From a virus, in the IMG/VR virus record IMGVR_UViG_3300026521_000161, positions 32,001-96,000 of that record: DNA of 64,000 nt, one strand, 5' to 3'. The notes under the pieces are model-generated. The model ran no database searches. It was not told the DNA's origin and saw only the letters and a program-made list of their open reading frames with translations. Both the position numbers and the translations under genes were made by a program. Positions 58,601 through 64,000 of this stretch are shown here, piece by piece; the first letter of the stretch is position 1; each line of letters opens with the position of its first letter.

Positions 58601-59139
58601 AATTCTAATAGCGTAAATACATGACCTATTTCATGTAAGATTATAGCTACGAACTCACTTTTAGTTAAATCCCTAACCATTCTTAGAGATATAAATAGAG
58701 GTACATAGTAATCATCTGGCAGGTTTAGGAATTTAGCATCCTTTTTATCCAGTATTAGAATATTACTATCTAACCATCTGTTAAAATCCTTTATCTGTTT
58801 TATACCATGTCTGACATCTTTACCTCTGGTAGACTTAAAAGTCGTTAGACTTATTTGGTCAGGATTAAATATAGGTATAACTGCAAATGTGTTACTATTT
58901 CTTAATAATATATTTATACCAAATCTTTCATAAGACTTATCTTTAAACTCTTTCTCTATTTGTAAAAAAGAAAAATCTAATTCTTTCTTATTAATAGTTT
59001 TCTTTTCGTAGTATAGAGAATGTAACTTCTCTAATCTATCATATGTACTTTCTATAACCTTTATAAAAGAATCATTAGCTTGCGTGCCTATCATCGACTC
59101 AACACCCTCTTTTATTCCTAAATCTATTTTAAACATCAT
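55651..59139 (-). CDS. Putative virion polyprotein: two HExxH membrane metallopeptidase-like domains plus a C-terminal kinase-like domain
   Basis: 'AIILHEIGH..EIEADNF' and 'AIYLHEIGH..EIVADDF', each followed by hydrophobic helices. C-terminal 'DLHSGNW...IMFDP'. EGVES, VGLES and NGNEA sit at the domain boundaries. Confidence 0.7.
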   Translation of the reverse strand: MMFKIDLGIKEGVESMIGTQANDSFIKVIESTYDRLEKLHSLYYEKKTINKKELDFSFLQIEKEFKDKSYERFGINILLRNSNTFAVIPIFNPDQISLTTFKSTRGKDVRHGIKQIKDFNRWLDSNILILDKKDAKFLNLPDDYYVPLFISLRMVRDLTKSEFVAIILHEIGHVFTLLELYSRSAVTTSILLSNFLRNKPLTETTSELGISKNPSSETNGLSMIYEKVKKDLMSIPLGGHGTGETNPEIEADNFTVKFGYGEELSRALVKLNKVNQLSFSNASAVIVLMSILGMAVRALLLSLLLPGGIVIMAAIALEIALTINSISKLLYMHNKRNPINDEHGSLKQRVEHIKTSMVEVLRLTDMNKKDKKLLLAQYEQVEKDLEDIDNSAHGKVLIGLMSEYLVGNLNTEDELASKLNELENTKLYIQEARFSVGLESINYMGKKDPVVNELISFFAKVKDNSIIRNVATFMSISEELEEITYKRFGLSIMALPAVGFGHGWACVPFNVIDQKGISDWRKYYSKSTFNIKGYLLYIHNNREILKDFKNGNNFVVDLEKAYIHGMKKDKHKSIVFIEYGRDMFGTTITGLDLTPEEMTAIYLHEIGHLFTYIESMKRLVVSNTQLLDSFVNREKSKEKHVIEYKSEYKKDAEEMLTLHGWSIGIFKQMLANGLLTITSAIRVFDPSFGMHLLTDVATKDNRIGSVKSFMTDSEIVADDFSTRMGMGKELVSGLDRLITFKIHNKAFIMLPLITYISLSIATMLAFSGRLSLFGKVLMLNLKFIFLAYALSSIYRLIAGKYFPYEKLPERFDSVVRSLIKVLRESDLSKEEVKEILNTITEVKKTKKEIEDMGYGSLLLSMFNPNGNAGKDITLDARIVDNLDKLINNDMFYHKLMYNELANGNEAMSDHNLIEEPANTIYYKEFDLWSKRVTELLNSKDLDKLNEKLLKYGVKIEDINHKYLLKTPVPVTIREGYTGFSIFEIDSDDEPSDKTVVTVTIDSDKVLWILRNPLINVYGIDVVLIGKYKKALYVVEMDYLESFKDDKKVDVIHKVYDELEEVLKEYGEIDINEVIDILKNKLKSSNEVKIPKEIFEQLDLIKDVLKDEHVKGRVRLDLHSGNWGVNNKGKIIMFDPIVNDISLGLRVDTLIDLNKYKKYLVKK

Positions 59140-59168
59140 TATTCCTTTTTACTTAATCAAAATAAAAA

Positions 59169-59196
59169 AGTATAGTAGGGATATCCCTACTATACT
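59169..59196 (-). terminator. Intrinsic terminator after the recJ operon
   Basis: Perfect 28-nt palindrome plus a U-run. Confidence 0.65.
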
Positions 59197-59392
59197 ATCT
59201 TAAACCGTTATTTAGTTTATACGCGACGCACTCAGCTATTTCTGCTAATAACTTTTCCTCATGTTTTATATCCTCTCCATTAAGACTCTTTTCCTCCATT
59301 CGTTTAAGTACTCTTTTTCTAAGAACTTTAAGTTCTTTTTTAGTATTACTACATACTGGTTCGTCCATAACATACTCCTTATACGATGTCAT
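59195..59392 (-). CDS. Small hypothetical protein
   Basis: 65 aa; may start at the internal ATG after AAGGAG. Confidence 0.45.
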   Translation of the reverse strand: MTSYKEYVMDEPVCSNTKKELKVLRKRVLKRMEEKSLNGEDIKHEEKLLAEIAECVAYKLNNGLR

Positions 59393-59627
59393 TAATAGCG
59401 TCCATTAAGTTACTTAACTTACGCTCTTTTTCTATTAGGTCATTGTATCTATCCCTACTTATAACATTAGCTTTAAATGTTAAATAAGTAGAACCGTTAG
59501 TAGTATAATGGGATAGGAAATCTAAATTATCACTAGTTATACCTAACCCATGTTTCTCCTCAACAACTTCTAATAACTCACTGCCTTTATCACTTTTAAG
59601 TTCTATATCTATAGCTATCATGATCAC
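59379..59627 (-). CDS. Small hypothetical protein
   Basis: 82 aa, AGGAG RBS. Confidence 0.5.
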   Translation of the reverse strand: MIMIAIDIELKSDKGSELLEVVEEKHGLGITSDNLDFLSHYTTNGSTYLTFKANVISRDRYNDLIEKERKLSNLMDAINDIV

Positions 59628-59629
59628 TC

Positions 59630-61126
59630 CTATTTAAAGACTATCTTAGTTGGTTGTAATAATATCTTGTTTTGGCTTCTAAAGCTATTGACATTAAAGC
59701 TATATGTCATGCGTATGAACTTAGTTCTTTTAAGCTCATTCTCTATGTGTTCAAGTTCATTCTTTTTAATAGAATAAAACACACTCATATTACTTTCTGT
59801 ATTAGGATCAAATTTAACTTTAAAGCTTAGTAAGATATTACTGCGTTTATATATCCTATATGATTCTATATAAAAATCACTACAGAACATCGGTTTCTCA
59901 TACCCTATACCATAAGGACCAGCATTTATAACATCGAACATAGTTAATAATAATTTTTTAGTACTAAAGATATAATCTTCCACATAAGTATTTTTTATCT
60001 CTACCACATCATATTTACTAACCTCTTCCTTAAGAAGGTCATAAAACTCTTTAAGGTTAGGTTTTATCTTAACGCCGATAGCTTTTTTATGTCCACCATG
60101 TTTAAGTATGATATCGCTCTTATTAGCTACTTCTGTTAATACATCTTTAAGATTAAGTCCATCCTCTTGGCTACGACCTGACCCTATATAAACATAACCA
60201 TCAAATCTCTTTTTCTTAGTAAATACGATAACTATTTTATAATTATCGTTATACATAACATTATTAGCGATGATGCCCTGTACTCCATCACTATCATCAA
60301 CAACCATAACTTTTATCTTACCGTCTGTATATTCTTCTTTCTTACCAACATCAACTGCTTTACTCTGGATATCCTTACGATTTTTATTTATCTCTTTTAT
60401 ATCTTCATAAAGTAGTTCAGCTATATCTTCTGTTGGCGACATAAGTAACTCATAACTCAGCCTAGCGTCAGCTATCCTACCAGGTGAGTTTAGCATAGGT
60501 ATAACGTCATACCCTAACGTAGTTTCGTCCATAAGATACGTCTTAGCATTTTTTCTTATAGTAAGTGACCAAAATGGATCATGCTTTATATTAAGACTAT
60601 TTAAATCCGATAAAGTTTTTATAAGTAACTTTCTATTAACAAAGTTCTTAAGATCCATACAATCAGATATAAGAGTTAATCCTATATATGTTATAAGATA
60701 ATACATTTTATCTAATTTAGACTTGTCAGGATTGCCGTTCGATAAGAAAGCATGTGCTAATGTAAAATAAACCACACCAGTACCCGTCATATCTGATAAT
60801 ATATTGTTATCATAACGTTGTGGATTGATGAATGCTGTGGCTGACGTTGGTGCTGTGTCCTGATCGAATAAATGGTGATCAGTTACTATAAATGGTATAC
60901 TTGTTTCAGACATGATAGTTTCTATATTAAGCTTATCATTAGAGCCATGGTCACTAGTTATAATAAGACCAATATCGTCATCATTTTTACAAATATTTAT
61001 TATCATATTTGTAAGAGCTGAGTTGATACCGTTACCGTCAGAACGTTTATTAACAACGACTTCTATGTTATCATATTCGTAAACATCTAAAAAAAATTTA
61101 TGAGCGATGGCGGCACTCGTGATGCC
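59630..61126 (-). CDS. recJ: RecJ-like DHH/DHHA1 ssDNA exonuclease, exon 2
   Basis: Begins GITSAAI; contains 'TSDHGS', 'VTDHH', 'INP', 'LNSPGR', 'GSGRS' and 'GGHKKAIG'. Confidence 0.88.
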   Translation of the reverse strand, partial: GITSAAIAHKFFLDVYEYDNIEVVVNKRSDGNGINSALTNMIINICKNDDDIGLIITSDHGSNDKLNIETIMSETSIPFIVTDHHLFDQDTAPTSATAFINPQRYDNNILSDMTGTGVVYFTLAHAFLSNGNPDKSKLDKMYYLITYIGLTLISDCMDLKNFVNRKLLIKTLSDLNSLNIKHDPFWSLTIRKNAKTYLMDETTLGYDVIPMLNSPGRIADARLSYELLMSPTEDIAELLYEDIKEINKNRKDIQSKAVDVGKKEEYTDGKIKVMVVDDSDGVQGIIANNVMYNDNYKIVIVFTKKKRFDGYVYIGSGRSQEDGLNLKDVLTEVANKSDIILKHGGHKKAIGVKIKPNLKEFYDLLKEEVSKYDVVEIKNTYVEDYIFSTKKLLLTMFDVINAGPYGIGYEKPMFCSDFYIESYRIYKRSNILLSFKVKFDPNTESNMSVFYSIKKNELEHIENELKRTKFIRMTYSFNVNSFRSQNKILLQPTKIVFK

Positions 61127-62933
61127 CGTTGTTTTCATATGTATCGCTAGTACACACAGTTCTCAGTATCTCTACATGAACTTCCCATCCATTACAGATG
61201 GATACAAGACTATATCATTATCCTAAAATATTTTAGGATACGAAACGTTTCGATTTAAGGACTGCCATCCACCCGCTCGGGCCCTACTCTACTCGCTTTA
61301 ACTACATATGTAGCCATGGGGTTATTACACTACCCATGTGATTAACTAAGTCTGTCGCCAACTTAGTATAGCTTTCGATAGTCGTTGAACTCACACACTC
61401 TAGTCATACTAGATCACTCTCGTGGTTTAAGGTGCTTCGCTGCGTCGATTCCGCCAGGATATAACGTTTTCACCATGCCTCTAGTTGCTCTATTACGCCT
61501 GAGGTATTACAGTATGTTTCCACCTGTAAGTGGTAGTTATATCTTTTTCAGCGGTCCCCGCAATTAGTTTCGTTTGCTTATAGGATTACTCCTATAAGGG
61601 ACTTACTTAAAATGTAAGCTACAATTTTCTTTCTCTTTAAAAGTAATCTTAGTTTTTTTATCTATATAAGAATATATTGTTCTATAATCCTTATTGAAAA
61701 ATTTTCTTAATGAATTTATAGACGTAAACTCTTCGACAATAACGTCATCTTTATCCTTAACCATTATGACTTTAGGTTTGTTAATAGGTGTTTTATTAGA
61801 CGGTTCTCTCCACTTAGCGACTGTAAATTTACGCACTAACCATCTATCTGTTAGTAAATAATTATCACATCTGCGTAGGTATAAAGTTAATGTACTTTTA
61901 GGGACACCTGTAATGTTAGATGCGTCACTTATGCTTTTAACAGTATAAATAACGTTATTAATAACATCGCGCACTTGGACGTGTTTAAGAACTATTTTGC
62001 GTTTTTTAATATGTAATATTTTATATCCATTGTTACGGCAAAATTTTTCTATTGTACTCTTTTTACTGTTTTGTGAGTCAAAGAATTGCTTAAATGTTTT
62101 ATATTTAAATAACTCTCCGTTTTTCTCAAGTACTAAGCTAAAGCTTCTAGTATCATCTCTCTCGTAAGCCCATCCAGTGAACGATCTTTCCCTATATAAC
62201 TCAAATCTACCATTACTACCAGACCATACTTTACCGAAATACATAGGCGCTCTTTGGGTGTCTATTTTACTTCGACCTATTATTTCACTAGCTTCGCTAG
62301 AGGACATAGCGGTTGAGGTAACTCCAGTATCTATATCACGTATTAAAAATAGACCTCTACTACTAACAATTGTTTTTGTTACATTTAAAGTAGATGAAAC
62401 CCATCTAAGATTATCGGCATGGTAATTAGTCTTGTCGTCATCAATATGATCGACTATGTTATTAATAACATAATCATCATTTTCGCACCACGCCAGTGCT
62501 ACTAATTTATGTACGCCTATATTATAATAATCCCCTGTTAATAGCTTAACGCGTATGTTGTAATAACCAGATTTCGTTAACTCGTAACCACGATTAATTA
62601 TTTTACGAGCTACGCAATCTACTAACACGCCATCTTTACTAATAGCTATATTTGTAAAGAATGGTACGAAATTATAAATAACGCCATCTACATAGACGAA
62701 TGGTCTATTAACAAATACTGGCATTTTATCTGGTAGTTTAGAGACACCATGTACTTTGTGTCTAGTTAGAGTGTATGATACATCATTTTTATTGTCTGCA
62801 AGAGTTGTATAATCACGTTGCATTATATTCTTTTCTAAGATTATTTTTCTTTTTTCGTTACACATACTAATCCTTACTATTTGTATATGTAACAAACTAC
62901 AAAGTAAATTGTTTCTACATTGTTAGTATGTTA
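61127..62933 (-). mobile_element. Group I intron (probably IA) in recJ, carrying an HNH homing endonuclease
   Basis: 5' exon ends in U (GAT|TAACAT...) and the intron ends in G (...ACAACG|GGC). Core elements on the minus strand: P AATTGCGGGGA, Q AATCGACGCAGC, R TCAACGACTA, S GATATAGTC; P3 AACGAAAC/GTTTCGT. Splicing restores DYDVD|GITS in frame. Confidence 0.9.
61603..62865 (-). CDS. Intron-encoded HNH homing endonuclease with NUMOD-like DNA-binding repeats
   Basis: 'VHKLVALAW....IVDHIDDDKTNYHADNLRWVS'; ATG 62865 follows AAGGA; repeated helix-turn-helix-like modules ('SISDASNITGVPKSTL', 'FTSINSLRKFF'). Confidence 0.88.
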   Translation of the reverse strand: MCNEKRKIILEKNIMQRDYTTLADNKNDVSYTLTRHKVHGVSKLPDKMPVFVNRPFVYVDGVIYNFVPFFTNIAISKDGVLVDCVARKIINRGYELTKSGYYNIRVKLLTGDYYNIGVHKLVALAWCENDDYVINNIVDHIDDDKTNYHADNLRWVSSTLNVTKTIVSSRGLFLIRDIDTGVTSTAMSSSEASEIIGRSKIDTQRAPMYFGKVWSGSNGRFELYRERSFTGWAYERDDTRSFSLVLEKNGELFKYKTFKQFFDSQNSKKSTIEKFCRNNGYKILHIKKRKIVLKHVQVRDVINNVIYTVKSISDASNITGVPKSTLTLYLRRCDNYLLTDRWLVRKFTVAKWREPSNKTPINKPKVIMVKDKDDVIVEEFTSINSLRKFFNKDYRTIYSYIDKKTKITFKEKENCSLHFK

Positions 62934-63287
62934 ATCCACATCATAGTCGCTAACCAATAATATTTTTTTATTGTTAACTATGGCTTCATTTATAGCACTC
63001 GTAGAATTGACTACATGTGGTAACCATTTTTCTATAAAATTCTCATTTATGATATCACTAAGTTTAGTATTAAAATAGTTTTTTATGGTATCTAAATCTT
63101 TATACCTATTAGCGACTATTTTTTTAGTTATATCTGAATTAAAATATCTATTAAGATATGTTAATGTTTCTGGGTCCTGTTTCGTTATGACAATATTATC
63201 ATTACTAAGACTACTTATAATTTCTCTCAATGGCTTTTCTTCACCATTTGGAAGTTTAACTTCTGTCATTTTCATTCCTTCTTTCAT
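62934..63287 (-). CDS. recJ: RecJ-like exonuclease, exon 1
   Basis: Ends 'KKILLVSDYDVD', the first part of DHH motif I, immediately before the intron's TAA. Confidence 0.85.
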
Positions 63288-63322
63288 TTATTTCAACGAA
63301 GTCGATACCCTTAAAAAGGATA

Positions 63323-63817
63323 TCAATCTTCATCCGATAATTTATCATAAGCGTATTGCAATATGAATAGTGAATCGTATGTCCATTCACTTCGTTCTGA
63401 TCTTATACCGTGCTTATCGAAGAACTCTTTGATTCTTCTAAGATTACTAGTATTAACTATTTCGTTGTTTATATAGTCTAATATATCGATTTTGAACGAT
63501 ATCATGATGGTGTTTACCAATGTAACCTCATCCATACTAAAATTAGATATATCGTGTAAAGTTAGGTTAGGTATATTATTTACAAAATCATTTATGTTAA
63601 CACTACCAAACTTAACAACACATATAGAATACGTACTTTTATTACGTATAACTCCCAACAATGTTTCTTCACCTATATCAATTTTTAATGCATCATCATG
63701 TTGATTCTCTACTATTAACATAACTCTACCATCATTTCTTTTAAAACACACAGGATCCCTTTTAGACTCAACTCTTCTAGCTCTCTCAAATACTAAAATA
63801 CCACGTCTATTACTCAT
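63323..63817 (-). CDS. Hypothetical (probably early) protein
   Basis: 164 aa; early-type promoter motif upstream. Confidence 0.6.
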   Translation of the reverse strand: MSNRRGILVFERARRVESKRDPVCFKRNDGRVMLIVENQHDDALKIDIGEETLLGVIRNKSTYSICVVKFGSVNINDFVNNIPNLTLHDISNFSMDEVTLVNTIMISFKIDILDYINNEIVNTSNLRRIKEFFDKHGIRSERSEWTYDSLFILQYAYDKLSDED

Positions 63818-63841
63818 GCTTCTTTCCTTTAAATAAATTTA

Positions 63842-63872
63842 TTAGTATATACATACTATATTAATAATATAT
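63842..63872 (-). promoter_or_regulatory. Early-type promoter plus 5' hairpin
   Basis: Minus strand TATATTATTAATATAGTATGTATATACTAA. Confidence 0.55.
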
Positions 63873-64000
63873 AAGCAAAGTTTAATAGATATTACCTGAA
63901 TATAAAAAAGGAATATATGATGCATAAGAAAAAATATAAGACCGTAAAAGAGTTCTTTAAGAAAGAGTTACCTCACTTAGAACCATCTAAAAAACTAACA

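Noticed and set aside
61127-61138. Track start 'MKTT' for the 502-aa DHH ORF
   Set aside because: These codons are the intron 3' end; the true N-terminus is exon 1 at 62934-63287.
61385-61567. 60-aa + strand ORF
   Set aside because: It is antisense to the group I intron catalytic core.
62931-62933. Stop-codon readthrough, recoding or pseudogene explanation for the split recJ
   Set aside because: The intron explains the break exactly. Other genes end normally in TAA, TAG or TGA, so there is no sign of an alternative genetic code.

Overview
AT-rich (roughly 30% GC by eye), densely coding 64-kb segment of a phiKZ-like, nucleus-forming jumbo phage (Chimalliviridae-type). Diagnostic genes are chimallin (19805-21607), PhuZ tubulin (53641-54663), a divergent split family-B DNA polymerase part, a UvsX/RecA-like recombinase, a small virion RNA polymerase beta C-terminal subunit, portal, tail sheath and tube, baseplate proteins, and a block of processed head proteins. 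Two self-splicing elements are visible. A class-3 intein starting with Met sits in the Walker A motif of an SF2 helicase (27781-28722). A group I intron with an HNH endonuclease splits a RecJ-like gene inside its DxDG motif (61127-62933). The most unusual element is a 1162-aa apparent virion polyprotein (55651-59139). It has two HExxH, membrane-anchored metallopeptidase-like domains and a kinase-like domain, each preceded by a G-x-E prohead-protease-type site. It shares an N-terminal [FV][KN][IV]DLG leader with two unrelated head-block proteins and has an apparently inactive paralog at 12156-13616. The window also shows a repeated promoter-plus-hairpin motif upstream of chmA, phuZ and other probable early genes, a TTGA(A) motif upstream of many structural genes, many long palindromic terminators, and two GC-rich structured non-coding islands at about 24.5 kb and 27.1 kb. 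All homology calls come from remembered motifs and synteny, not from searches.
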